A DNA stretch of 64,000 nt. Origin: an uncultured cyanobacterium (GTDB lineage: Bacteria; Cyanobacteriota; Cyanobacteriia; Cyanobacteriales; Nostocaceae). The notes beneath the pieces are model-generated. The model worked only from the letters and a program-made list of their open reading frames with translations, was not told the DNA's origin and did not search any database. Below, in pieces: positions 53,201 through 64,000 of this stretch; position 1 is the first letter of the stretch; every line of letters begins with the position of its first letter. The stretch is taken from positions 1 through 64,000 of the forward strand of contig CAVUDP010000002.1 of NCBI GenBank assembly GCA_963740315.1, in the 5' to 3' direction. The position numbers and the translations under genes were made by a program.

Positions 53201-54340
53201 TTGTCTGTGGCTAATAAAGAAGAAATCGCTTTGGCTTTGGCGCGAACGCCTTTATTTACGGTTGTACAAGAATTGAAAGCGCGGTTTACTAATTTTGGCG
53301 GTTGGGAAATGCCGGTACAGTTTTCCGGTATTACGAAGGAGCATGAGGCTGTCAGAAGCAATGCGGGAATGTTCGATATTTCCCATATGGGGAAGTTTAC
53401 TTTGCAAGGTAAAAATTTAGTTGCTCAACTAAGCCGTTTGGTTCCTTCCGATTTAAGCCGTTTGCAACCAAATCAAGCACAGTACAGCGTTTTATTAAAC
53501 CCCGAAGGTGGGATTATAGATGACATAATTTTTTACTATCAAGGCGAAGAGAATAACGTACAAAAAGGAATTATTATCGTTAACGCCGCTACCACAGCTA
53601 AAGATAAAGCATGGTTGCTGGAACATCTCGATACAAAACAGATAGAATTTGAAGATTTATCCACAGAAAAGGTGTTATTAGCGGTTCAAGGACCATTTGC
53701 GACTGAAATTCTGCAAAAATTTGTAGAAGAAGATTTAACGCCTGTTAAAGCTTACGGTCATTTGGATGCCACAGTACTTGGTAAACCTGCTTTTTTGGCT
53801 CGCACTGGTTACACCGGGGAAGATGGTTTTGAGGTAATGGTAGAACCAAGCGTAGGAATAGAACTTTGGCAAAAATTGATTGAAGCGGGTGTACTTCCTT
53901 GCGGATTGGGTGCCAGAGACACCTTGAGATTAGAAGCCGCGATGGCGCTTTACGGACAAGATATTGATGATACTACCACTCCTTTAGAAGCTGGTTTGGG
54001 CTGGTTAGTTCATTTAGATAGCAAAGGCGATTTCATTGGGCGTGAAGCATTAGAACAGCAAAAAGCCGCCGGAGTTAAACGCAAACTAGTACGCTTGCAA
54101 ATGCAAGGAAGAAACATAGCCCGTCACGGCTACCCAGTATTATCCGCTCTTAAAAAAGTAGGAGAAATCACCAGCGGCACCTTATCCCCAACACTCGGTT
54201 ATCCCATCGCCTTAGCATACGTACCCACAGAACTAGCAAAAGTAGATAATCAATTAGAAATAGAAATTCGCAGCAAAACCTATCCAGCAACTGTAGTCAA
54301 GCGTCCGTTTTATAAATCAACGAGTCGCGTTTCTAAGTGA
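53201..54340 (+). CDS. gcvT: Glycine cleavage system aminomethyltransferase T
   Basis: FGGWEMPVQF, MFDISHMG, RTGYTGEDGFE, GARDTLRLEA. Confidence 0.97.
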   Translation: MSVANKEEIALALARTPLFTVVQELKARFTNFGGWEMPVQFSGITKEHEAVRSNAGMFDISHMGKFTLQGKNLVAQLSRLVPSDLSRLQPNQAQYSVLLNPEGGIIDDIIFYYQGEENNVQKGIIIVNAATTAKDKAWLLEHLDTKQIEFEDLSTEKVLLAVQGPFATEILQKFVEEDLTPVKAYGHLDATVLGKPAFLARTGYTGEDGFEVMVEPSVGIELWQKLIEAGVLPCGLGARDTLRLEAAMALYGQDIDDTTTPLEAGLGWLVHLDSKGDFIGREALEQQKAAGVKRKLVRLQMQGRNIARHGYPVLSALKKVGEITSGTLSPTLGYPIALAYVPTELAKVDNQLEIEIRSKTYPATVVKRPFYKSTSRVSK

Positions 54341-54459
54341 TGGAGGATCTTTGTAAGAGGGGGTAGAGGGGGTAGAGGGGGAAGAATCAATATTATTCCC
54401 AATTACCAATTACTAATCTAAAATCTAAAATCTAAAATCCAAAATCGAAAGGAGATAAC

Positions 54460-54849
54460 ATGGCTTTTGAATATCCAGAAGATTTAAAATACTTAGATAG
54501 TCACGAATACGTGCGTCTTGAAGGTGAAAATGCCTCGATTGGAATTAGTGCTTTTGCGATCGATCAATTGGGAGATATCGTATTTTTAGAATTACCAGGA
54601 GTTGGCGATACTGTAACTAAAGGAGAAACTTTTGGAACGGTTGAATCGGTGAAAGCTGTAGAAGACTTGAATTCTCCCGTAACTGGTACCGTCACCGAAT
54701 GTAACGATCCGATGATGGATGCTCCCGAAAAATTAGCCGACGATCCTTACGGTAAAGGATGGTTAATAAAAGTCAAAGTCGAAAACCCCGGCGATATTGA
54801 TGACGCAATGAGCGCGAAAGAGTATAAAAGCAAGGTGGAAGGGGAGTAG
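54460..54849 (+). CDS. gcvH: Glycine cleavage system H protein
   Basis: SHEY, LGDIVF, lipoyl-lysine VESVKA, DPYGKGW. Confidence 0.97.
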   Translation: MAFEYPEDLKYLDSHEYVRLEGENASIGISAFAIDQLGDIVFLELPGVGDTVTKGETFGTVESVKAVEDLNSPVTGTVTECNDPMMDAPEKLADDPYGKGWLIKVKVENPGDIDDAMSAKEYKSKVEGE

Positions 54850-55115
54850 AAGAGAGGGGGGAGAGGGGGAGATGGGGGGATGGGGAGATGGGGGGATGGG
54901 GGGATGGGGGGAGATGGGGGGAGAGGGGGTAGAGGGGGTAGAGGGGGGAGAGGGGGTAGAGGGGGTAGAAAAATAAATAATAAAAAACTCCTAACTCCTA
55001 ACTCCTAACTCCTAACTCCTAACTCGCTACTCCCTACTCCCTACTCCCTACTCCCTACTCCCTACTCCCTACTCCTAATTATCAATGCCCAACAACTAAC
55101 AACTAACAACTAACT
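54850..55115. repeat. Intergenic G-rich 8/9-mers followed by (CTCCTAA)n/(CTCCCTA)n/(ACAACTA)n heptamers
   Basis: Directly visible between gcvH and gcvP. Confidence 0.9.
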
Positions 55116-55155
55116 CTTATTCCCAGAATTGTTGCAGAATATTAAGTAGTAACGT

Positions 55156-58080
55156 GTGGAGAGTAATCGGTTAGTGGTAATTTACGCCCCTCGTACCTCG
55201 TCTAATGGTAATGAGCAAATGCTGGCAACTGAAGGTGAATCTTTGACTTCTTTTGCACAGAGACATATTGGACCGTGTTCCGATGATGTGGCACAAATGT
55301 TGAAGATTTTGGGTTTTGATAGCCTGGATGATTTAATTGATAAAGCGGTTCCGCAAACGATTCGTACTGATGGTAGTTTGAAGTTACCGTCAGCTTTGAG
55401 CGAATATGCGGCGATCGCTAAGTTAAAGGAAATTGCGGAACAAAATCAGGTTTTTCGTTCGTTTATCGGTATGGGGTATTATGACAGTATTACTCCGGCG
55501 GTTATCCAAAGAAATATTTTGGAAAATCCCGGTTGGTATACTGCTTATACTCCTTATCAACCAGAAATTGCTCAAGGAAGACTTGAGGCTTTGTTGAATT
55601 TCCAAACTTTGATCGTTGATTTAACGGGTTTGGAAATTGCTAATGCTTCGCTGCTTGATGAAGCGACTGCTGCTGCGGAAGCAATGAGTATGAGTTATGG
55701 TGCTTGCAAGAATAAAGCAGACACTTTCTTTGTTTCTCAAGAATGCCATCCCCAAACAATCGCCGTGTTGCAGACACGGGCAGAACCTTTGGGAATTAAG
55801 ATTGTTGTTGGAAACCACGAAACGTTTGATTTTACTCAAGCGATTTTTGGGGCTATTGTTCAATACCCGGCAACCGATGGCGCGATTTACGATTATCGCG
55901 ATTTTATCGAAAAAGTGCATGATTTGGGAGCTTTGGTAACGGTAGCTGCCGATCCTTTGAGCTTAACTTTGTTAACGCCACCGGGGGAATTGGGCGCTGA
56001 TATTGCGATCGGTAGTACTCAACGCTTCGGTATTCCGTTGGGGTTTGGGGGACCTCATGCGGCGTATTTTGCAACGAAGGAGAAGTACAAACGCCAGGTG
56101 CCCGGAAGGATTGTTGGTTTATCTAAGGATGTTCAAGGTAAACCTGCATTGCGTTTGGCACTGCAAACCCGCGAACAGCACATTCGCCGCGAAAAAGCAA
56201 CTAGTAATATTTGTACCGCACAGGTATTATTAGCAGTGATGGCGAGTATGTATGCGGTTTATCATGGCCCAGATGGAATTAAGAAGATTGCTCAAAATAT
56301 TCATTCTTTAACTGCTAAATTAGCCCAAGGGTTAAAGCAGCTTGATTACAGCATTGAAAATGAATATTTCTTCGATACCCTGCGAGTTAATTTAGGAAGT
56401 CGCACTCAAGAAGAGATTTTAAAAGGTTGTCAAGCCAAGAAAATCAATCTTCGCATTTTCGATGATAATACCGTAGGAATTTCCTTAGATGAAACCACCA
56501 CGGAAGCAGATGTAGAAGATTTACTAGAGATTTTCTCTTTAGAACAAAAATTAACTTTCTCCTGGGAAGAGTTAGAAAATCCAAAATCTAAAATCCAAAA
56601 TCCAAAATTCCTCAGAAAAACCGACTTCCTAACTCACCCAGTATTCAACCGCTACCATTCGGAAACGGAATTATTGCGCTATCTGCATCAACTCGAAGCC
56701 AAAGATTTATCCTTGACAACATCAATGATTCCTTTGGGTTCCTGTACGATGAAGCTCAACGCAACTGCGGAAATGATACCCGTAAGTTGGGCGGAATTTG
56801 GTAAAATTCACCCGTTTGCTCCGCTGTCACAAGTGCGGGGTTATTCGCTTTTATTTGAACAACTTGAGAAATGGTTGGGAGAAATAACGGGTTTTGCGGG
56901 AATCTCTTTGCAGCCAAACGCTGGCTCTCAAGGCGAATATGCAGGGCTTTTATCGATTCGGAGATATCACGAAAGCCGATCCGAAGCACATCGCAATATC
57001 TGCTTAATTCCTAACTCTGCTCACGGTACAAACCCGGCGAGTGCGGTAATGTGCGGTATGAAAGTTGTTGCAGTAGCTTGCGACACGGAAGGTAACATTG
57101 ATATCAACGACTTGAAAGAAAAAGCGCAAAAACACGCAGATAAACTTGCGGCTTTGATGGTGACATATCCTTCAACTCACGGCGTATTTGAAGAAGGAAT
57201 CAAAGAAATTTGTCAAATCGTGCATACCCACGGCGGACAAGTTTACATGGATGGCGCAAATATGAACGCCCAAGTGGGAATTTGTCGTCCCGGTGATTTT
57301 GGTGCAGACGTGTGTCACCTGAATTTACACAAAACCTTCTGTATCCCCCACGGTGGCGGCGGTCCGGGCATGGGACCAATTGGCGTAGCCGCTCATTTAA
57401 TACCGTTTTTACCCGGAAATCCGGTGATTGCTGACTCAAATGGTTCGGTTTCCGCCGCACCTTGGGGTAGTGCCAGTATTTTAACGATTTCCTGGATGTA
57501 TATCGCCATGATGGGCGCGGATGGTTTAACTGAAGCAACCAAGATTGCTATTTTGAACGCCAACTACATGGCGAAAAAGTTAGAAAAACACTATCCCGTG
57601 TTGTATGCAGGCAAAAATGGCTTAGTAGCTCACGAATGCATCTTAGATTTGCGATCGCTAAAAAAATCGGCGAATATCGAAATTGATGATATCGCCAAAC
57701 GCTTGATGGATTATGGATTCCACGCTCCTACAGTATCGTGGCCCGTAGCAGGTACAGTAATGGTAGAACCAACCGAAAGCGAATCCCTTGAGGAATTAGA
57801 TAGATTCTGCGATGCGATGATTTCCATCCGCGAGGAAGTCGCCGAAATCGAAGCAGGAAAAGTGGATGCTCAAGATAATGTTTTGAAGGGCGCACCACAC
57901 ACCGCCGAAAGTTTAATAGTAGGTGAATGGAATCATCCGTACACCCGCGAACAAGCCGCTTACCCCGCACCGTGGACGCGAGAACATAAATTCTGGGTTG
58001 CTGTAGGGCGCATTGACGCAGCCTTTGGCGATCGCAATTTAATTTGTTCTTGCCCTTCCATGTCCGAATATTCCGAATAA
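55156..58080 (+). CDS. gcvP: Glycine dehydrogenase (decarboxylating), P protein
   Basis: [38 protein letters not shown]-lysine HLNLHKTF. Confidence 0.98.
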   Translation: MESNRLVVIYAPRTSSNGNEQMLATEGESLTSFAQRHIGPCSDDVAQMLKILGFDSLDDLIDKAVPQTIRTDGSLKLPSALSEYAAIAKLKEIAEQNQVFRSFIGMGYYDSITPAVIQRNILENPGWYTAYTPYQPEIAQGRLEALLNFQTLIVDLTGLEIANASLLDEATAAAEAMSMSYGACKNKADTFFVSQECHPQTIAVLQTRAEPLGIKIVVGNHETFDFTQAIFGAIVQYPATDGAIYDYRDFIEKVHDLGALVTVAADPLSLTLLTPPGELGADIAIGSTQRFGIPLGFGGPHAAYFATKEKYKRQVPGRIVGLSKDVQGKPALRLALQTREQHIRREKATSNICTAQVLLAVMASMYAVYHGPDGIKKIAQNIHSLTAKLAQGLKQLDYSIENEYFFDTLRVNLGSRTQEEILKGCQAKKINLRIFDDNTVGISLDETTTEADVEDLLEIFSLEQKLTFSWEELENPKSKIQNPKFLRKTDFLTHPVFNRYHSETELLRYLHQLEAKDLSLTTSMIPLGSCTMKLNATAEMIPVSWAEFGKIHPFAPLSQVRGYSLLFEQLEKWLGEITGFAGISLQPNAGSQGEYAGLLSIRRYHESRSEAHRNICLIPNSAHGTNPASAVMCGMKVVAVACDTEGNIDINDLKEKAQKHADKLAALMVTYPSTHGVFEEGIKEICQIVHTHGGQVYMDGANMNAQVGICRPGDFGADVCHLNLHKTFCIPHGGGGPGMGPIGVAAHLIPFLPGNPVIADSNGSVSAAPWGSASILTISWMYIAMMGADGLTEATKIAILNANYMAKKLEKHYPVLYAGKNGLVAHECILDLRSLKKSANIEIDDIAKRLMDYGFHAPTVSWPVAGTVMVEPTESESLEELDRFCDAMISIREEVAEIEAGKVDAQDNVLKGAPHTAESLIVGEWNHPYTREQAAYPAPWTREHKFWVAVGRIDAAFGDRNLICSCPSMSEYSE

Positions 58081-58092
58081 ACCCACCTTGTT

Positions 58093-58236
58093 GTAGAGAC
58101 GTAGCACTGCTACGTCTCCAACAATGCGAAATCATCACCTGACATTTTATTAGGTTACGTTTAATTAATTATCAGTACCGCTGGATTTTTTGTAAAAACC
58201 GACATATGAAAAGACGTAGCAGTGCTACGTCTCTAC
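58093..58236. repeat. Inverted REP pair (REPIN/BIME-like) between convergent gcvP and phnE
   Basis: GTAGAGACGTAGCACTGCTACGTCTC ... AGACGTAGCAGTGCTACGTCTCTAC. Confidence 0.8.
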
Positions 58237-58257
58237 AATTATAAATCCACAAAAAAT

Positions 58258-59097
58258 CTAAACCAACCAATTCCTAATTTTTGCAGAAGCCAAATCAATA
58301 AGACTTGTAGCTGATATCAAAATAATCAAAATCGCACAAACTTTTTGATATTCAAAAGATCCAAAACTTTGATATAAAGAAACACCAATACCACCAGCGC
58401 CGACAATTCCTAATACAGAAGCAGAGCGTACATTGGCTTCAAAACGATATAAAGTAAAAGAAGTCCACAAAGGAATAACTTGAGGAATTACCCCGTAAAT
58501 CACTTCTTGTATTTTACTCGCACCCGTGGCGCGAATTCCTTCTACAGGACCAGGTTCGATCGCTTCAACGACTTCGGAAAATAATTTACCCAAAGTTCCA
58601 GCGGTGTGCAGAAATAATGCTAAAACACCCGCAAAAGGTCCCAAACCGACGGCGACTATAAATATAAGTGCAAATACTAATTCGTTAATAGTACGCATCG
58701 CATCTAAAACACGGCGCGTTGGCTGAACTACCCAAACTGGAAAAATATTATTTGATGCCAAAATTGAAAGAGGAATTGCCGCAACAGCCGCTAATAAAGT
58801 TCCCCAAATTCCCATTGCAATGGTGATCAGTGTATCTTCTAAATAAACTTTCCAATAAGTAAAATCTGGTGGAAAATATTGGGGAATATATTTAGCTATT
58901 CTATTAATACGTTGAGGATCGAGAAATAATAAAAAATTTAGTTCGCTTTGTAAGGCTGATAAAAATAAAATTACAACGATCGCAATTAGAAAGAAAATTC
59001 TAGTATTAGTTACTAGTTTTGCTTCTCGCTCTAACATTGCTGCTACAGCAGGAGAAGTATTCATATTTTTAGAAAAATTTGATTTTGGTTGGCTCAT
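58258..59097 (-). CDS. phnE: Phosphonate ABC transporter permease
   Basis: VGLGPFAGVLAL, GKLFSE, YRFEANVRSASVLGIVGAGGIG. Confidence 0.93.
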   Translation of the reverse strand: MSQPKSNFSKNMNTSPAVAAMLEREAKLVTNTRIFFLIAIVVILFLSALQSELNFLLFLDPQRINRIAKYIPQYFPPDFTYWKVYLEDTLITIAMGIWGTLLAAVAAIPLSILASNNIFPVWVVQPTRRVLDAMRTINELVFALIFIVAVGLGPFAGVLALFLHTAGTLGKLFSEVVEAIEPGPVEGIRATGASKIQEVIYGVIPQVIPLWTSFTLYRFEANVRSASVLGIVGAGGIGVSLYQSFGSFEYQKVCAILIILISATSLIDLASAKIRNWLV

Positions 59098-59290
59098 TAC
59101 GGATGAAAATAGATTAAGCGAATGATTTAGAAGGTAATTATTAAGTAGTCTGTAATAAATTAGTACAGACGGGCGTAAGTCAGGTACCCATATAATCTCC
59201 GGTTGAGAAGTCGGGTTTTTATAAAATTTGCAAGTGTATTACAGATACGTATTCTAAAAACCCGACTTCTGAGCATTAAAAAATTAGAAA

Positions 59291-60301
59291 TTAGTTCTTG
59301 ATTTCCTGGAGTTGATTATCAAGTTCTGCAAGTTGCTTTTTCTTTTCTTCTTCTTTCAAATTTTCGTTTGATTCAACTTCTGATTTTTTCTTAGCAATTT
59401 CAAGTTCGCGAATTGTATCCCAAGTTTTATCTTCTGCGGTAACAAATCCTTGCCATCCTAATGGCTTGAGAACTTTTTCATCTTTATAGTTGTAGAAGAA
59501 GTCTTGAATTTTATTCTTGAGTTCGGAGGGTAAATCTTTGCGGTATGCGATCGGATCGCTAGGAATAAGAACTGATGTCCAGATTACTTCGATATTCTTG
59601 CGGGTTTCGGGGTTGTTTTTTTCTAATCGAGATAAAGATTCGCTGTTGTTGGTAGCAACATCTACTTGATTGTTGGCTACAGCTGATGCGGTTGCTTCGT
59701 GATTACCTGCAAATATTAAACGCTTAAAGGCAGCTTTCGGATTAACGTTATTTTTAGCAAATACATAAAAGCTGGGAACTAAAAAACCAGAAGTGGAGTT
59801 TGGTTCGTTAAATGCAAAGGTGAGTTTTTTCGCATTCTTGATTACATATTCATCACCTTTGTTTTCTCCTAATGCTTTAGCTTCAGCAGCTATAGGATTA
59901 TCTTTGTTAACAATTAGGTGAGACGTGTAACCCGTTGTTCCATCATGGTTAACAACTTGAGCAAATACTTCAGCGTTGGATCTTTTCGCAGCTTCAACGT
60001 AGGATTTACCACCGTACCAAGCCATTTGAACGTCACCAGCAGCCATCGCTTCTATGACACCAGAATATTGAGTAACGTAGAAAGGCTTTATGGGAACCCC
60101 AATTTGTTTTTCCATTTCTTTAATGAAAGGTTCCCATGCTGGCTTTTGATTAAGCTGGGATTCCATAGAAACGATGCCAAATTTTATTTCCTTTATCTCT
60201 TTATTTTGGCTATTGTTAGCACTGCAAGCAGCGATAAATACGGTACCACTCAAAGCTAGCGCAAACAAACTAATACGTTTAATCAAATAACGTCTCTTCA
60301 T
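59291..60301 (-). CDS. phnD: Phosphonate ABC transporter substrate-binding lipoprotein
   Basis: Lipobox IAAC; YSGVIEAM, NSTSGFLVP, AGNHE, IPSDP. Confidence 0.93.
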   Translation of the reverse strand: MKRRYLIKRISLFALALSGTVFIAACSANNSQNKEIKEIKFGIVSMESQLNQKPAWEPFIKEMEKQIGVPIKPFYVTQYSGVIEAMAAGDVQMAWYGGKSYVEAAKRSNAEVFAQVVNHDGTTGYTSHLIVNKDNPIAAEAKALGENKGDEYVIKNAKKLTFAFNEPNSTSGFLVPSFYVFAKNNVNPKAAFKRLIFAGNHEATASAVANNQVDVATNNSESLSRLEKNNPETRKNIEVIWTSVLIPSDPIAYRKDLPSELKNKIQDFFYNYKDEKVLKPLGWQGFVTAEDKTWDTIRELEIAKKKSEVESNENLKEEEKKKQLAELDNQLQEIKN

Positions 60302-60358
60302 TGTTATTTCTGGTAGATAAGTATATAAAGCAATAAAACTATTTCATTCGGACAAAGA

Positions 60359-61195
60359 TTATACTAACTCGCCATGTCCTTTCATAACTATTTCTTCTGC
60401 TGCTGCACCATAAATTTCTTCGAGCTTGGCGTTATTTAGTTCTACGGTTGCACCATCAAACATTACTGTACCAGTTCTTAGGGCAATTACACGATTAAAA
60501 TAACTACGTACCACTTGAATTTGATGTAAAGAAGTTACTACTGTAATTCCATTTTGTCGATTTAGTTCAACTAGTAATTCCATTACTTTACGGGAAGATT
60601 CTGGATCTAAAGAAGCGATCGGTTCATCTGCAAGAATGATTTTGGCACCTTGTACCAAACAACGTGCGATCGCCACTCGCTGTTGTTGTCCACCTGATAG
60701 CATGGAAGCCCGTTGGTAAGCTTGTTCGAGGATTCCGACTCGTTCGAGTGCTGCTAAAGCTTGCAGTTTTTGTTCTTGGGTAAATAGATGAAGCATTGAG
60801 CGGAAGACAGACAATCGCGACAGATTACCAATAAGAACGTTTTCAATTACCGTTAGGCGATTTACTAAATTAAACTGCTGAAAAATGCAGCCAATCTGAC
60901 TTCGTAAAAACCTAATTTTTGAATGATTTCGTCCATCGGTTTGTAAAGCTGTGCCAAAGATCGCCACACTACCCGAATCCCCCGACAGCAAACCATTCAT
61001 ATGGCGCAATAACGTAGATTTTCCCGAACCAGAAGCACCAACAAGGGCAACCATTTCACCCTCTTTAATAGTGCAGAATACGTTTTTGAGTGCGGGTTTA
61101 CTTTTAAAACTTTTCGACAAATCAGTAACTTCGATCGCAACCGTAGGAGTCATTTTTCGCAATTTAAATGTATTAGACTGAGAAATCGCCACCAA
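60359..61195 (-). CDS. phnC: Phosphonate ABC transporter ATPase
   Basis: GASGSGKS, FQQFNLVNRL, LSGGQQQRVAIAR, ILADEPIASLDP. Confidence 0.95.
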   Translation of the reverse strand: MVAISQSNTFKLRKMTPTVAIEVTDLSKSFKSKPALKNVFCTIKEGEMVALVGASGSGKSTLLRHMNGLLSGDSGSVAIFGTALQTDGRNHSKIRFLRSQIGCIFQQFNLVNRLTVIENVLIGNLSRLSVFRSMLHLFTQEQKLQALAALERVGILEQAYQRASMLSGGQQQRVAIARCLVQGAKIILADEPIASLDPESSRKVMELLVELNRQNGITVVTSLHQIQVVRSYFNRVIALRTGTVMFDGATVELNNAKLEEIYGAAAEEIVMKGHGELV

Positions 61196-62045
61196 CTAAG
61201 TATTAGTCTAAGGCTGCAATTGTGTCTGTAGAGCAGGTAAAGTTACTTCATTATCATGCCATTAATTTGTATTTATAACTCTTGAGATTATACTATAGCT
61301 GTTATATCCATCACAACTTAATGTTTATTGATTAAAAATAAATTATCTTCTATAAATTAGGTAGTTAATTTTTTTCAAGATGATACATAACTCCGGAATA
61401 TAACAAAGAGAGAAAACTCGGTCGTAATTAAGAATAAATGAATATCTATTCAAATCAAATATTAATTGTTAATTATATAGCTTATTTAGATCGGGGTATA
61501 TATAGCTAGGTATATTATTAATGCTTTATTTACTAAATAAATTGAATTCAAAATAAAGCACCTCAAAATAAGAAGATTTTTTGATTTATTTAATCTAATG
61601 TTCTCGAACATACACCCAAAGATAAGTGATATCTGTTAGATTCAGTACAGATAACTCAAAGAAGGAATTGAACGAACAAGCTTGGATAAGCAGTAAACCC
61701 TTGTAAAGCGAACGACTCCAAGATGAGTTAGAAATTTTAAGTATGCGATCGGAGGGGGAGTCCAAATTTATTAAGGGTAAATACACTCAATCGGTAAACG
61801 TTTTTGCGTCAGTAGTTTTGAGAAGTAAGTAAGCATTTACTAATCTCTATAGTTTTTAACGCCATTTCTATGAAAAGACAACGGTGTTAAATGAACGGGA
61901 ATAGACTTGGACGCAGAGAAGGCGGCTTCTTGACTAATTACCGACGCTATTCCCGACATGAATCTGCTTGCAATTAAATATCAATCGGGAGTCGAATCGG
62001 ATTGAGATTCTCTACACCGCAAAAAAACTTCCCTAAATACTAATA

Positions 62046-62055
62046 GTGTGAGGAG
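62046..62055 (+). promoter_or_regulatory. RBS complementary to the Yfr1 sRNA seed
   Basis: GTGTGAGGAG is the reverse complement of CTCCTCACAC (Yfr1 conserved ACUCCUCACAC), 10 nt before the porin ATG. Confidence 0.75.
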
Positions 62056-62065
62056 AAAAATTCGC

Positions 62066-63641
62066 ATGGCAAAGCTTTTCTTCAACGTATTGAAGCTAAG
62101 TCCAGTTGTTTTAGCTGCTACATTTTTCGTTTCTAACGGTGCTTTCGCATGCTGAAAAGATTACCTCTGTTGATGAATTAGCGCAGGTAACTTCTGTTTC
62201 TCAGTTGTCTGATGTTCAGCCTTCCGACTGGGCTTTCCAATCTGTTCAATCCTTGGTTGAACGTTATGGATGTATTGCTGGTTATCCCGATGGAACTTTC
62301 AAGGGTAGCCGCGCTTTAACTCGTTATGAATTTGCTGCTGGTTTAAATGCTTGTTTAGAGCGCATTACTCAGTTAATCGCTGCTAGCGGTAACACAACCG
62401 TATCTACTACAGATATGGCTACCGTTAACAAGCTACGTGAAGAGTTTGAAGGTGAATTGGCTACTTTACGCGGTAAAGTTGACACTTTAGAATACCGCAC
62501 TGAAGAACTAGAATCCAACCAGTTCTCTACCACTGCTAAGTTAAGTGGTGAAGCAATCTTCGCAGCTTCTGGCGCTTTTGGTGATAAGAAAGCTGGTAGC
62601 ACTACCGAAGACGTAGAAGACAATGTAATCTTGTCTAACCGCGTTCGTTTAACTTTGGATACCAGTTTCACTGGTAAAGACAAGTTGAGAGTTCGTTTGC
62701 AGGCTCGCAACACTCCTAAGTTTAGTGAAGCAACAGGCACCAACATGGCTCGCTTGGGCTTTGATGATAGCACTGTTGATACCGACGGAACTCAACGATT
62801 TGAACTCGACGAATTAAACTACAGCTTCAAGCCTGCAAAGAACCTTAGCATTAAAATTGATGCTAATGCTGGTGAAAGTAACGACAACTTGAACGTATTC
62901 AACCCTGTATTCGAGAGCAGTGGTGGTGGTGCTATCTCGCGTTACGGACGTTTCAATCCTATTTATCGCGTAGCTAGTGGTGATGCTGGTGTTACCGCTA
63001 TTTATGGTAGCAAAAACTCTCCTATTGCTGTGAGTGCTGCTTATTTTACTGATGCTCCAAACAGCACTACAAACGGTATTTTTGATGGTAGTCAGGCATA
63101 CTTGGGTCAGATAGACTTCAAGCCTAGCGACAAGTTGAACGTTGGTTTAACCTACGTTCGCAGCAATCAACCTACTGGTTCTGTTAATATTACCGGAAGC
63201 ACGGGTAGCGGCAATTCCAGAAGACCTTTTGGTAATAATGCTACCAATTCTAATCACTACGGCGTACAGGCTAGCTACAAGCTCAGTAAGAATACCACTC
63301 TTGCTGGTTGGTACGGTTTCGCTGATGCAAGCCGCAAAGACGGTACCGATGGTAGCGCAGACATCAGCTACTGGGCTGCTACTTTAGGTGTCAAAGACTT
63401 TGGTAAAAAGGGTAACACCTTGGGTCTGATCTTCGGTCAGCCCCCCAAAGTAACTGATGGTAGCGGAACTTTCAACGATGATAACCAAGGCACTTCTTAC
63501 CACTTGGAAGGTCTTTACAAGATGAAGATTAACGACAGAATTGCCGTTACTCCTGGCTTGTTGGTTATCTTCAACCCCGAACATAATAACGATAACGACA
63601 CCGTTTATGTTGGTACATTACGTACTACCTTCAAGTTCTAA
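62066..63641 (+). CDS. SLH-domain outer-membrane porin (OprB/SomAB-type); +1 frameshift near 62148
   Basis: ATG 62066 MAKLFFNVLKLSPVVLAATF signal peptide; other frame gives VTSVSQLSDV...LVERYGCIAGYPDGTF (SLH), NQFSTT and terminal LRTTFKF. Confidence 0.92.
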
Positions 63642-63657
63642 TTGAAGTAGTCTAACC

Positions 63658-63688
63658 TAGAGGTGCGGCGCTGCCGTGCCTCTATTTT
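63658..63688 (+). terminator. Intrinsic terminator after porin
   Basis: TAGAGGTGCGGC-GCT-GCCGTGCCTCTA followed by TTTT. Confidence 0.75.
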
Positions 63689-64000
63689 ACGAAGATAAAC
63701 TCGATCGCACTCCAAGTTTAAATTTTTACCTCAATTCTTAAAACGTGCAATACAAATTATCTCTTGAGAGATGGTTTTTATTCCACCACGAAAGTAGATG
63801 TATTGTTTTGAGTGAATTCCAACATTTAATTAAAATTAGAATTTTTTACAAGTTTTACTGCTTAATAAGTAGCCACAAGTATGGGACACAAAATAGTTCG
63901 TTTCAAACTGTGTCCGAATTTTCTTCTCACTCACACGGTATTGGCATCAGGGATTATCCCTTTCATGCCTTTTTTCTTATTGAAAATTCTTTGACGAAAG

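Noticed and set aside
61196..61600. Pho boxes upstream of phnC (and of the PstS-like gene near 24690)
   Set aside because: Only isolated PyTTAAPyPy-like half-sites in AT-rich DNA; no properly spaced tandem array that I can support.
3311..63584. Numerous short ORFs antisense to or nested in long genes (e.g. 3311..3640, 5791..6138, 12866..13138, 23176..23511, 62369..62773)
   Set aside because: They overlap well-supported genes and show no motifs or RBS; treated as shadow ORFs.

Overview
Chromosomal window from a filamentous cyanobacterium, probably Nostocales/Rivulariaceae-like (inferred from abundant HIP1 GCGATCGC, heptamer/octamer STRR tandem repeats and gene content). From left to right: (1) the right end of a decaying integrated element (1-~2834; frameshifted C5 DNA methyltransferase, rep/TetR scraps) abutting a 5'-truncated Gfo/Idh/MocA gene; (2) a macrodomain gene cleanly split by a tnpB-only IS200/IS605 element; (3) a vanadium haloperoxidase + membrane 4Fe-4S protein + FHA-flavin/2Fe-2S reductase operon; (4) a stand-alone EF-G paralogue and an SBBP propeller protein; (5) Hsp20, a PstS-like/TM/DUF4912 fusion and an unknown 838-aa HTH protein facing a divergent small gene across a palindromic operator; (6) a general-stress cluster with its own group-2-type sigma factor; (7) a giant PAS/GAF/cyanobacteriochrome hybrid kinase whose ATPase domain is invaded by ~560 bp of G-rich then C-rich tandem repeats; (8) gcvTHP, phnCDE and an SLH-porin with a Yfr1-complementary RBS. 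No rRNA, tRNA or CRISPR array was recognised. Family assignments come from motif recognition by eye, not database searches. Several single-base frameshifts or stops (4Fe-4S protein, PstS-DUF4912, kinase, porin) could be assembly errors rather than biology.
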